Virus record (IMG/VR): IMGVR_UViG_3300029319_006492
DNA length: 64,000 nucleotides
Source of the DNA: an uncultured virus (IMG/VR IMGVR_UViG_3300029319_006492)
Lineage: Duplodnaviria > Heunggongvirae > Uroviricota > Caudoviricetes
Reading direction: 5' to 3' (one strand)
Both the position numbers and the translations under genes were made by a program. The notes beneath the pieces are model-generated. The model was not told the origin of the DNA, searched no databases, and saw nothing but the letters and a program-made list of their open reading frames with translations. This document shows positions 1 through 8,860 of the stretch, in pieces; positions within the stretch are counted from its first letter, which is position 1; each line of letters starts with the position of its first letter.

Positions 1-279
1 CGCACTCCAAAGGTCAACTCAAATGGCGGTCGCGACCATTTCGGAAAACTTGCACCGCTAATGATTAGCTGCGGAAGCTATGAAATGGGTCGAACTGTCG
101 GCACTACCAGTTCAAATGCCGACGATTTCGACCAAGGTAGAGCAACGCCAGAAGATTTGGCTTGGACTATTTTTGACCACTTAAACATGCCTAGAGATAC
201 AAGGTATACCGCAACGGATGGTAGACCACACAATATCGTTAAAGAAGACTCTAAAAACATTCTAAAAGATATAACATAA
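1..279 (+). CDS. DUF1501-family protein, C-terminal part (5'-truncated by window edge)
   Basis: The frame is open from base 1: RTPKVNSNGGRDHFG...GRTVGTT...TPEDLAWTIFDHL...DGRP. This matches the GRTP-x5-GRDH and C-terminal DL.ATI..hLG motifs of DUF1501 proteins. Confidence 0.75.
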   Translation, partial: RTPKVNSNGGRDHFGKLAPLMISCGSYEMGRTVGTTSSNADDFDQGRATPEDLAWTIFDHLNMPRDTRYTATDGRPHNIVKEDSKNILKDIT

Positions 280-944
280 TGAACTATATAATCGGCGCAG
301 ACAAATTTGTGTCTGAACAAATAAAAGATATGAAATACACGGACAAGCCAAAGACTTGGAAGGTGTCCGACGACATTACTATTGGCTGGGATGATGTATT
401 GCCCGACCCACCGATGAACGATAGTGAGACAACTAAGAAGGAATTAGCCTACGTCGCCAAGCTAACTAAAAGTGTTAGCAGCGCTCAGTTAGACTTAATA
501 AAACTCGTAGACGAAGAACCAAACAATTTATTTCACAAAACCATGCGGGACTTGGACATAGAGTTTCCACAAGAAATATTCAAGCGTTCTTGGGATATAA
601 TTAAGCCTGTTATTATGAATCTAAAGCATATACACAATAGACCTAGACCCTACCAGCTCGCAAGTAAGTATGGCTTAAAGATAACTTTACGAGATTCTAA
701 AACCGCACAAACGCCAGCATACCCATCTGGCCATACCTCGTACACCGCCCTATCAGCTTATATATTAGCGGCAAAGTACCCACAGTTCTCAGAGTATTTT
801 TTCGACAAAATTCAGTCCGCTGGAATGGCTAGGATGCTGATGGGTGTACATTATCCTTCCGACAATGAAGCCTCGATGATCATAACTGGAGCTTTATGGG
901 AAGACATTCGATACAAACTTTTTCCAGAACTACCAAACTTTTAG
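279..944 (+). CDS. PAP2-superfamily phosphatase / vanadium haloperoxidase-like protein
   Basis: All three PAP2 motifs are present: KHIHNRPRP, YPSGH, RMLMGVHYPSD. Confidence 0.85.
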   Translation: MNYIIGADKFVSEQIKDMKYTDKPKTWKVSDDITIGWDDVLPDPPMNDSETTKKELAYVAKLTKSVSSAQLDLIKLVDEEPNNLFHKTMRDLDIEFPQEIFKRSWDIIKPVIMNLKHIHNRPRPYQLASKYGLKITLRDSKTAQTPAYPSGHTSYTALSAYILAAKYPQFSEYFFDKIQSAGMARMLMGVHYPSDNEASMIITGALWEDIRYKLFPELPNF

Positions 945-953
945 GAGATAAAA

Positions 954-2159
954 ATGCCATTACCATCTAGAAAAGACGGTGAGGACCGTAAAGACTTTAT
1001 GAGTCGTTGCATGAGTGACCCAAAAGTTAGACAGGAGTATAAAGATAGCTCTCAAAGAGTTGCTGTTTGTATTTCAAAAGCAACAGAGGGTCTAGACTAC
1101 GTTCAAGCGGCTGACTTTAAAATGTATTTTGAGTCTTACGGGTCAGAAGAAGAGCTTACAGAAGATAATTATTATGTGCCATCTGAAGAAGACTACGTTT
1201 CTGCTGACGAAGTTTTTTATGAGGAGTCTGAAGTTGAAGAGCTTGACCTATCTGTGGCAAAGCCCGGATTGTGGGAAAACATCAGACGCAAGAAAGAAAG
1301 AATGGGTAAAAATTATAAGCCTGCTAAAACTGAAAAAGAAGGCAGACCTACTCAAGAGCAACTTAAACGCGCTCAATCCGATGATGAATATCTTACTTAC
1401 GCTGATCACGCTGAAGCAGATGAGCCGGGACCAAGAGATCCTCGTAGAACCCCCGCTCCGAAAAAAGATCAGAAAAAAGGGTCTAAAAAGAATAAACCAG
1501 ATAGCGCAAAAGACGGTTCTGGTAAAATCACTTTTAGTAAAGAAGTAACTGCTCAGTTAGCCGCAAAAGTTAAAGAACACAACGCCAAAGGTAAGGGTTC
1601 TAAAGCTACACTGGGTATGCTCAAAGCAGTTTATCGTCGTGGGGCTGGAGCCTTCTCGACTAGCCACGCGCCAAAGATGAGTCGTCATGGCTGGGCTATC
1701 GCTAGGGTCAACGCTTTCTTGAAGCTGCTTAGAAGCGGAAGACCATCCAACCCTAAGTACACTACAGATAACGATCTGTTACCAAAGGGTCATCCTAGAG
1801 CAGGCAAGTCCAAAGGAGGTTTTAAGTATAAAGATCCTAAAACTGGCGAAGTCTACGAGTATGACAGAAAGGGTATCTATAAAAAAGATGGCAGAACTCT
1901 AATTCCGGCTAAGGGGGCTGAGTATCAAGGTAGAAAAGTAAAACTTGGAAAACCTTTCAGAACTCCTAGTGGGCCAAAGAAGTTTAGTGTTTACGTTAAA
2001 AACGAAAAAGGTAATGTTGTCAAGGTTAATTTTGGCGACCCCAATATGAAAATCAAGAAGAATATTCCCGGCAGAAGAAAGAACTTTCGGGCCAGACATA
2101 ACTGTGATAGCCCCGGCCCAAGATGGAAGGCTAGATACTGGTCTTGTAGAGCTTGGTAA
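954..2159 (+). CDS. Modular, highly basic phage protein (possible internal head / DNA-binding protein)
   Basis: AGGAG RBS. A string of short K/R-rich modules resembling small phage proteins (FMSRCM..., GLWENIRRK..., AVYRRGAGAF...WAIARVNAF, VNFGDPNM...NFRARHNC...ARYWSC) plus an acidic linker. Confidence 0.55.
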   Translation: MPLPSRKDGEDRKDFMSRCMSDPKVRQEYKDSSQRVAVCISKATEGLDYVQAADFKMYFESYGSEEELTEDNYYVPSEEDYVSADEVFYEESEVEELDLSVAKPGLWENIRRKKERMGKNYKPAKTEKEGRPTQEQLKRAQSDDEYLTYADHAEADEPGPRDPRRTPAPKKDQKKGSKKNKPDSAKDGSGKITFSKEVTAQLAAKVKEHNAKGKGSKATLGMLKAVYRRGAGAFSTSHAPKMSRHGWAIARVNAFLKLLRSGRPSNPKYTTDNDLLPKGHPRAGKSKGGFKYKDPKTGEVYEYDRKGIYKKDGRTLIPAKGAEYQGRKVKLGKPFRTPSGPKKFSVYVKNEKGNVVKVNFGDPNMKIKKNIPGRRKNFRARHNCDSPGPRWKARYWSCRAW

Positions 2160-2175
2160 TTTTTTGATTTTTCAT

Positions 2176-2204
2176 TTGACTTTTAGACGACACTGTGCTA
2201 TTAT
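2176..2204 (+). promoter_or_regulatory. sigma70-type promoter upstream of the replication operon
   Basis: TTGACT (2176-2181), 17-nt spacer, TGc-TATTAT (extended -10, hexamer 2199-2204) in the intergenic gap. Confidence 0.7.
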
Positions 2205-2277
2205 ATAGTGTAAGCAGTTTTGCGGTTCTGTTTAAAAACCGCTTTATGTTGAATATTATATTGAACAAGGATAGAAA

Positions 2278-3900
2278 ATGGACTGGTTTCCCCTTTGTAA
2301 CTACACGCATTATTCTCTTCAAAAAGCTTTCTCTAAGCCAAAGCAACTCGCAAAAAAGTGTCGCAAAAACTCTTATCCCGCTTGCGGCATAGCTGACTAT
2401 AAGTCTATTTCTGGCGCAGTTGCTTTCTATAACGCCTGTATCTCCAACGATATTAAACCAATCATTGGTTGTTCGTTTGACGGTTTTTCTTTGTTTGCAA
2501 AGAACTATGATGGGTGGCTAGATTTAATTAACATTGTTTCATCTATAGATTCAGATGGCAATTTAGACACATCGCTCCTACTATCTATTTGCAAAAGTAA
2601 AAATCTGATTTCTGTTGCTAAAAAAGAATCAGACTCCCCAATCAAAGGAGGGGACTTCTATGAGAAAACAGAATCCTTTATGGATACTTACTATGTTGAC
2701 AGGTCTCAGGCAGACCTACACAGGATACTTTTATGCTCAAGTATGAAGACAACGCTGCCCAAAGTAAACAAGACTTTGAAGGCTGGCGAGCAAGTGGACA
2801 ATCACGAGTTCTTTATTTGTAATGAGTATTTTCTGAAGAACAAAGTAGAAGTTGGAGAAGTCATCATAAATGATAACAAGCTTGACTTGTTCAGAGAGAT
2901 TTATGATAAGTGCGAAAACTACAATATACTTAACAACCCAATGCTGCCAAACTTTGAAACCCCAAAGGGAAAGTCGCAAAAGGATTATCTTAGATCACTA
3001 GCTCGTCAGGGCTGGAAAAAACTCCTAGCGCATAAGATCACAGATCCAGAACAAAAGCAGGCGTATGGAGACAGATTCAGAAATGAATTTGAAGTAATTG
3101 ATAAGGCCGATCTATTTGGGTATTTTCTTGTTGTGTGGGACATCATCAATCACTGTAAAAAAAGTGGCTGGATGGTTGGCCCCGGTCGTGGCTCTGCGGC
3201 TGGCTGTCTAATTTCATACCTCATCGGCATAACACAGATTGATCCGATTGAATTTGATCTTCTTTTTGAGAGGTTCTACAACTCTGGCAGAAACACTGAA
3301 GACCACATATCTCTACCTGATATTGATATAGATGTGCCGGGGGGTAAAAGGGATGAGATCATCGCCTACCTGAAAGAAAAGTACGGGCAAGACAATGTTA
3401 GTCAGATGTTGACGTTTGGAAGATTGCAGGGTAGAAGCGCCATTAAAGAGGTATTGAGAGTTAATTCCGCCTGTGGCTTTGGGGAAATGAATGAGATAAC
3501 AAAAGCTATACCTGATGAAGCCGCGATCTCTGACCAGTTAGCGGAGATGGATGATGAAGACAGGTCGATTATTAAATGGGCTTTAATGAACAACGCAGAC
3601 GAACTTAGAGACTATTGTTATGTAACAGAATCTGGAGAACTGAAAGGCGATTACTCAGAGTATTTTAGGCAGGCAATCGAAATAGAAGGCACGTTTAAAA
3701 CTCAGGGTAAACATGCGGCTGGTGTTGTTATTTCAGCAGAGCCTCTGTATAGAGTATGCCCTATGGTAAACCCTAAAACCGGATCAGAAAAAATAGCTGG
3801 CCTAGAAATGGCTGATTTAGAAGCGTTGGGACATGTAAAGTTTGATGTTCTAGGCATCAACTTATTAGACAAACTTATGATGATTAAGGAATTAGTATGA
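2278..3900 (+). CDS. dnaE: DNA polymerase III alpha, N-terminal half (degenerate PHP + palm/thumb)
   Basis: GPGRGSAAGCL, LLFERF, PDIDID, GKHAAGVVI, KFDVLG. The ORF ends just after the third catalytic Asp. Confidence 0.92.
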   Translation: MDWFPLCNYTHYSLQKAFSKPKQLAKKCRKNSYPACGIADYKSISGAVAFYNACISNDIKPIIGCSFDGFSLFAKNYDGWLDLINIVSSIDSDGNLDTSLLLSICKSKNLISVAKKESDSPIKGGDFYEKTESFMDTYYVDRSQADLHRILLCSSMKTTLPKVNKTLKAGEQVDNHEFFICNEYFLKNKVEVGEVIINDNKLDLFREIYDKCENYNILNNPMLPNFETPKGKSQKDYLRSLARQGWKKLLAHKITDPEQKQAYGDRFRNEFEVIDKADLFGYFLVVWDIINHCKKSGWMVGPGRGSAAGCLISYLIGITQIDPIEFDLLFERFYNSGRNTEDHISLPDIDIDVPGGKRDEIIAYLKEKYGQDNVSQMLTFGRLQGRSAIKEVLRVNSACGFGEMNEITKAIPDEAAISDQLAEMDDEDRSIIKWALMNNADELRDYCYVTESGELKGDYSEYFRQAIEIEGTFKTQGKHAAGVVISAEPLYRVCPMVNPKTGSEKIAGLEMADLEALGHVKFDVLGINLLDKLMMIKELV

Positions 3901-4571
3901 ACAGAGATATAATTGTATTTGACTTTGAAACTGGTGGTCGAAACCCCATGCGGTGTCAACCGACACAAATAGCAGCGATTGCGTTGGACGGTAGAAACTT
4001 TAAGCTAAAAGGTGAATTTAACAGCATGATGCGACCTATCATTGATGACGAAAAGGCCATCGCTGCTGGAGTTGACCCGCTAGAAGAAGGTGCTTTGAAA
4101 GTCACTGGTCAGACCAGAGAGAAACTTGCCAAGGCACCACTACCAAAAGGTGTATGGAAAAAGTTCTGTGCGTTTGTAGATAAATATAATTGGAAAGGTA
4201 CATCGTTCTTTGCACCTATTCCATGTGGTTTTAACATCCTTGGTTATGATATGCACATCGTAAATAGACTGTGTAAAGAATACGGTCCATACGACGATAA
4301 GCGTGAGTGTCAGAAACTCTTTCATCAGATTTATAAGATTGACGTAATGGACGATGTGTGGTTGTGGACAGAGGGAGATCCAAATGTTAAGTCTATTAGT
4401 ATGGATAGCTTGCGAGAAAGAATGGGACTGTCCAGTGAGAACGCTCACGACGCTCTCCAAGACGTTAAGGATACAGCAAATATCTGGATCAAACTACAAA
4501 AGTCAAGACGAGCAGTTTACCGGAACATGAAGTTTGAAAAGGCATTTGCAGATGGAAAACTCTTCGTATAA
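3897..4571 (+). CDS. dnaQ: DEDDh 3'-5' exonuclease (DnaQ/epsilon-like)
   Basis: ExoI FDFETGG, ExoII GFNILGYD, ExoIII HDALQD. ATGA overlap with dnaE-N. Confidence 0.85.
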   Translation: MNRDIIVFDFETGGRNPMRCQPTQIAAIALDGRNFKLKGEFNSMMRPIIDDEKAIAAGVDPLEEGALKVTGQTREKLAKAPLPKGVWKKFCAFVDKYNWKGTSFFAPIPCGFNILGYDMHIVNRLCKEYGPYDDKRECQKLFHQIYKIDVMDDVWLWTEGDPNVKSISMDSLRERMGLSSENAHDALQDVKDTANIWIKLQKSRRAVYRNMKFEKAFADGKLFV

Positions 4572-4971
4572 GACATGCAATAAGTGTAATCAGAATCTAC
4601 CAGTAGATCGGTTTAGTAAATGTAGCGGTGGTAATTATCTAAGACCTGAGTGTAAAGATTGTAACAACAGACTAAGTAGAGAAAGAAAAGCACTTAGAAA
4701 TAAATATGGCAACCCACCAGAAGATTATCACTGTCCTATCTGCGGAAGAGATGAGACACAAATATCAAGTGGTGGAGGAAAGAAAACAACAAGATGGGTC
4801 ATTGACCATGACCATAAGACTAATACATTTAGAGGATGGCTATGCCACAGTTGTAACATGGGCTTAGGAGCGTTTCTCGACAATGAAGAGATATTGAAGA
4901 GAGCAGTGAAATATTTGAATAGAGACAAACATAAGTCATTACTTAGGAGATTATTATGTTTAGACAAGTAG
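4552..4971 (+). CDS. Endonuclease VII-family (His-Me) nuclease, probable free-standing homing endonuclease
   Basis: N-terminal CxxC...CxxC zinc finger, then CPICG...IDHDH...RGWLCHSCNMGLG. ATG at 4552 is preferred over the TTG at 4534. Confidence 0.85.
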   Translation: MENSSYKTCNKCNQNLPVDRFSKCSGGNYLRPECKDCNNRLSRERKALRNKYGNPPEDYHCPICGRDETQISSGGGKKTTRWVIDHDHKTNTFRGWLCHSCNMGLGAFLDNEEILKRAVKYLNRDKHKSLLRRLLCLDK

Positions 4972-5234
4972 AAAATAAAAACCGCTACAGAACTGCACAG
5001 AATTTTTACTGGTACATTAGAGATAAAGATATTGATTATCTTTTCACTCAAGCTGCACTGGAAGAGGCAGAAAAACGCGCATTAAACAATCCAGAGGATA
5101 TACCAGAATCCAGAGAGCCAGAGCCAGAAAAGGGGCGTTCCTATTTCTTTAACGGTTTACTCACCGGATTGATTGGCGGATTTGTTTGTACGGCAGTTAG
5201 TTACTTTATTGGTCAGTGGATTATTGGAAACTAA
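4956..5234 (+). CDS. Small hypothetical protein with C-terminal membrane anchor
   Basis: AGGAG RBS. Hydrophobic C-terminus FFNGLLTGLIGGFVCTAVSYFIGQWII. Confidence 0.65.
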   Translation: MFRQVENKNRYRTAQNFYWYIRDKDIDYLFTQAALEEAEKRALNNPEDIPESREPEPEKGRSYFFNGLLTGLIGGFVCTAVSYFIGQWIIGN

Positions 5235-6794
5235 ATGGTTGATTACGAAGATAAGAAGACTTGGGAGCTGTTCAAAGAAGGCAAAACCAAGGGTGTCTTT
5301 CAACTAGAGAGCAACCTCGGTAGAAGCTGGTCCAAGAAACTTGCTCCAGATAACCTAGAAGAATTAGCGGCACTGATTGCTATTATTAGGCCCGGATGTC
5401 TAAAGGCTGTTATTGATGGCAAATCCATGACGCAAAGATTTGTAGATAGAAAGCACAAGTTGGAAGAAGTCTCGTATCTGCATGATGCTTTGGAGGACGT
5501 TTTGAAGCCAACGTATGGGGTTCTGGTGTATCAAGAGCAGTCTATGCGTATCGCCCAGAAACTAGCTGGATTTGATCTTAAAAAAGCAGATGACCTACGT
5601 AAAGCAATCGGCAAGAAAAAGGCTGACTTGATGGCTCAGATTAAGCAGGACTTTATAGCTGGCTGTGATACTGTTGGCTTAGTAGATGCTGATTTAGCTA
5701 CAGAGATTTTTGGATGGATCGAGAAGTCTTCTAGGTACTCATTTAATAAATCTCATGCGGTGGCTTACGCTGTAGACTCATATTGGTCTGCATGGTACAA
5801 AGCTAATCACGTCAAAGAGTTCTTCTTGTCGTACCTAAGCTATGCGAATGAAAAGCAAGACCCTCACCAAGAGATTTATGAGCTAGTAAACGAAGCTAAA
5901 CTATTCGGCATAGAAGTAAAGGTTCCTAAACTAAACAACTTCTCTGAGAAGTTTGAGATGTTTGGCGAGGATATCCGATTTGGTGTCCGTGACATCAAGG
6001 GTCTCACCGGGGTAACTGGCACAAAAGTTATAGCGGCTATTAATGAGGCAAGTGAAGAATTGGGTAAATCTGCTGATAAGTTTACTTGGATAGATGTGCT
6101 TATTTATCTAGCACCAAAAATTAACTCTACAGCTTTCAAAGCTCTCGCTTCTATTGGTTTCTTTTCTACTAAAACGACTGGTGTGAGTAGAAATCAAGCT
6201 CTGTACGAGTATCTGATATTTAGAGAACTAACCAAAGCTGAAACGGCATGGGTTCAAGATAATTATAAATCTAAAAAGTGGATTTCATTACAAAAGTGCT
6301 TTCTTGATCTAGCTCCAACAAAAAAGAATGGAGGAGGAACAACGAGAGAACAGAGAAGTCAGATTGTTTACAATGAGGCAGAGCTTCTGGTTAACCCGCC
6401 ATACGAACTTTCAGATGATCCCGCTTGGATTATAGAGCAGGAAACAAAGTTCTTGGGATGCCCAGTATCATTGGCAAAGGTAGAGTCTTCGGATACATCT
6501 TCAGCTAATACTAGCTGTGTAGATGTTTTAAACGGAAAGACAGGCAAAGATATATGTATAGCAGCAAATGTAAACAGGGTAAATAACCACAAAGTCAAAA
6601 AAGGTAAAACAAAAGGTAAAACGATGAGCTTTCTTACAATAGAAGACTCGACGTGTTCCATAGACAATGTTGTTATATTCCCAGAAGCTAGAGAGAAATA
6701 CCAATACGTTTTATATGAGGGTAATAATTTATTACTCTGTGGTGAAATACAGAAAAATAATTCTTTTATAGTAGACAAAGTTCACGAAATCTAG
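5235..6794 (+). CDS. dnaE: DNA polymerase III alpha, C-terminal half (fingers, HhH, OB-fold)
   Basis: GVFQLES, IIRPG, TYGVLVYQEQ, LRKAIGKKK, YSFNKSHAVAY, OB-fold MSFLTIEDST. Confidence 0.92.
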   Translation: MVDYEDKKTWELFKEGKTKGVFQLESNLGRSWSKKLAPDNLEELAALIAIIRPGCLKAVIDGKSMTQRFVDRKHKLEEVSYLHDALEDVLKPTYGVLVYQEQSMRIAQKLAGFDLKKADDLRKAIGKKKADLMAQIKQDFIAGCDTVGLVDADLATEIFGWIEKSSRYSFNKSHAVAYAVDSYWSAWYKANHVKEFFLSYLSYANEKQDPHQEIYELVNEAKLFGIEVKVPKLNNFSEKFEMFGEDIRFGVRDIKGLTGVTGTKVIAAINEASEELGKSADKFTWIDVLIYLAPKINSTAFKALASIGFFSTKTTGVSRNQALYEYLIFRELTKAETAWVQDNYKSKKWISLQKCFLDLAPTKKNGGGTTREQRSQIVYNEAELLVNPPYELSDDPAWIIEQETKFLGCPVSLAKVESSDTSSANTSCVDVLNGKTGKDICIAANVNRVNNHKVKKGKTKGKTMSFLTIEDSTCSIDNVVIFPEAREKYQYVLYEGNNLLLCGEIQKNNSFIVDKVHEI

Positions 6795-6803
6795 ATAAAG
6801 TAA

Positions 6804-6832
6804 TTGGACTTTTCTAGTTTGGATACTACTAT
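6804..6832 (+). promoter_or_regulatory. Probable sigma70-type promoter upstream of ssb and the glycosylation operon
   Basis: TTGGAC, 17-nt spacer, TACTAT, followed by a GGAGG RBS. Shares GACTTTT with the promoter at 2176. Confidence 0.45.
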
Positions 6833-6852
6833 GTAGATATATTGGAGGATAA

Positions 6853-7176
6853 ATGAATAACTGTTTATTTACAGGGTATCTCGACCATGACCCAGAGATA
6901 GAAATTTCTGACGAGAACTCAAGGCAGGCAGAGTTTTGCGAGTTCACTTTAGTCACGTATGAGTACGTGAGAAACAAGAAGGGTGAGAAGAAGAGATATC
7001 CTACGTATTTAAGGTTTAAAGCTTGGGATAGCGGGGCTAGGACTATTGCAAAGCTCGGCAAACAGGGAATGAAAATGACCGTAAACGCTTCAGCTAAAAA
7101 CTTATGTTTAGAAAGCGACACGGAAATTATTTTTAGGGTCAATCAATTCGACTTCGGATGTCTAGACAAGGAATAA
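6853..7176 (+). CDS. ssb: Single-stranded DNA-binding protein (OB-fold, short)
   Basis: MNNCLFTGYL..DPE, FTL, YLRFKAW...A..IAK...G..hTV follow the SSB pattern. Confidence 0.7.
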   Translation: MNNCLFTGYLDHDPEIEISDENSRQAEFCEFTLVTYEYVRNKKGEKKRYPTYLRFKAWDSGARTIAKLGKQGMKMTVNASAKNLCLESDTEIIFRVNQFDFGCLDKE

Positions 7177-7177
7177 A

Positions 7178-8860
7178 ATGAGAAAAAAACGGATACTGTT
7201 TTGCAGTGAAGCAACCTTTTTAAACACGGGGTATGCTACCTATACTAGAGAAATCCTCAACTATCTACATGGAACGGGTAAATACGAAATTGCTGAAATG
7301 GCTTCTTACGGTCAAAGAAACGACCAAAGAGCGGCGGGAATCCCTTGGAAATATTACGGCGTTGTTCCCAATAGTGATTGCGAACCTAAAGCGTCACCAG
7401 AAGAAATGGAAGCATATCAAGCATCAGGGTCTGGTCAGTTCGGAGAGTGGATCTTTGAGCATGTTTGTTTAGACTTCTTGCCAGATGTCGTTTGTGACAT
7501 CAGAGACTTTTGGATGCTCGATTTTGCTGAGAGGTCACCGTTTAGGCCATACTTTAAGTGGGCGATTATGCCAACGGTAGACGCAAGGCCACAAGCCAGA
7601 CAGTGGGTAGCAACATACGCAACAGCAGATGCTTGCTTAACCTACTCAGACTGGGCTGGAGATGTTTTGCAAAATCAGTCAAACGGTAGAATAAACTATC
7701 TCGGTTCGTCACCTCCATCCGCGCATCCGGCTTATAGCCCAGTAGAAGACAAACGCAAACACAAAGAGTCGTTTGGGTTAGATCCAGAATACAAAATTAT
7801 AGGAACAGTTATGCGTAATCAAAGACGTAAGCTGTACCCAGATCTATTTGAAGCATTTAGGAAATTTCTTGATCAAAGCGAAGACAAGAAATACTATCTG
7901 TACTGCCATACTTCCTATCCAGACTTAGGCTGGGATATACCAGAATTAGTACAGGAGTATGGACTTTCTTCGCACGTACTGTTCACTTATATCTGCCCAG
8001 AAACAAAGAACGTGTTTCCTTCACTGTTTAGTGGTGCTGTGGCTCAGTCTCCGTTTACGGGCAAGTGGGGTTCTACATTGTCGAACGTCAAAAATGGAGC
8101 ATCATATGAACAGCTATCCTCTATAATTAACTTGTTTGATTTATACACCCAATACGCCAACTGCGAAGGCTTTGGCCTTCCGTATGTAGAAGCTGCTGCG
8201 TGTGGGGTTCCTGTTTGCGGTACAGATTACTCTGCTATGGAAAGCGAGATGCGCAAGCTAGAGGGTTACCCAATAAAACCGGCAGCACTTTATAAAGAAC
8301 TTGAAACTGGTTGCCTTAGAGCTGTACCCGACAATGATCTAGCGGCTAAATATTTCTTAAACTTCTTTAATTCATCGGAAGAACAGCGGAAAGAAAAGGG
8401 CCAGAGAACCAGAGAATTGTTTCGAGAACATTTCCAGTGGCATAAAAGCGGCAAGAAGTGGGAAGATTATTTTGACAGCATAGAGTTAGAACCCGTAGAA
8501 AAAACTTGGGCGTCTCCACCTAAGATTCATCAACCCGCAGAAAAACCTGATGAAGTAGAGTATACAGTAAATGCAAATAATTTAGCAAAGTGGCTTATCG
8601 TAAACGTGCTGGGAGATCCAAGCAAGCTAGATACTTGGTTTGAAGCAAGAATGACAAGAGATCTTTTGTACAGAAGTGCAACATCCTCTACCGGCGGAAT
8701 GTATTTTAATGAATCATCTGCTGCATTTGATGGTATTAATCACAGAGTTGAATTTAATTTTGACATTGCGTATGAACAAATGAAAAACTTGTGCATCAGA
8801 AGAAACAACTGGGAAGAAAAAAGGATTCAAACTATGCAACAAAGGGGGTTGATACAGTGA
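7178..8860 (+). CDS. GT-B glycosyltransferase (GT4-like) with C-terminal extension
   Basis: TGYATY, RNQRRK, EGFGLPYVEAAACGVPV (EX7E motif). Confidence 0.85.
   Translation: MRKKRILFCSEATFLNTGYATYTREILNYLHGTGKYEIAEMASYGQRNDQRAAGIPWKYYGVVPNSDCEPKASPEEMEAYQASGSGQFGEWIFEHVCLDFLPDVVCDIRDFWMLDFAERSPFRPYFKWAIMPTVDARPQARQWVATYATADACLTYSDWAGDVLQNQSNGRINYLGSSPPSAHPAYSPVEDKRKHKESFGLDPEYKIIGTVMRNQRRKLYPDLFEAFRKFLDQSEDKKYYLYCHTSYPDLGWDIPELVQEYGLSSHVLFTYICPETKNVFPSLFSGAVAQSPFTGKWGSTLSNVKNGASYEQLSSIINLFDLYTQYANCEGFGLPYVEAAACGVPVCGTDYSAMESEMRKLEGYPIKPAALYKELETGCLRAVPDNDLAAKYFLNFFNSSEEQRKEKGQRTRELFREHFQWHKSGKKWEDYFDSIELEPVEKTWASPPKIHQPAEKPDEVEYTVNANNLAKWLIVNVLGDPSKLDTWFEARMTRDLLYRSATSSTGGMYFNESSAAFDGINHRVEFNFDIAYEQMKNLCIRRNNWEEKRIQTMQQRGLIQ

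Noticed and set aside
3850..5300. Split intein or self-splicing intron rejoining dnaE
   Set aside because: No C/S-initiated intein-N block, no HN-C/S/T junction, and no non-coding space for a ribozyme core.
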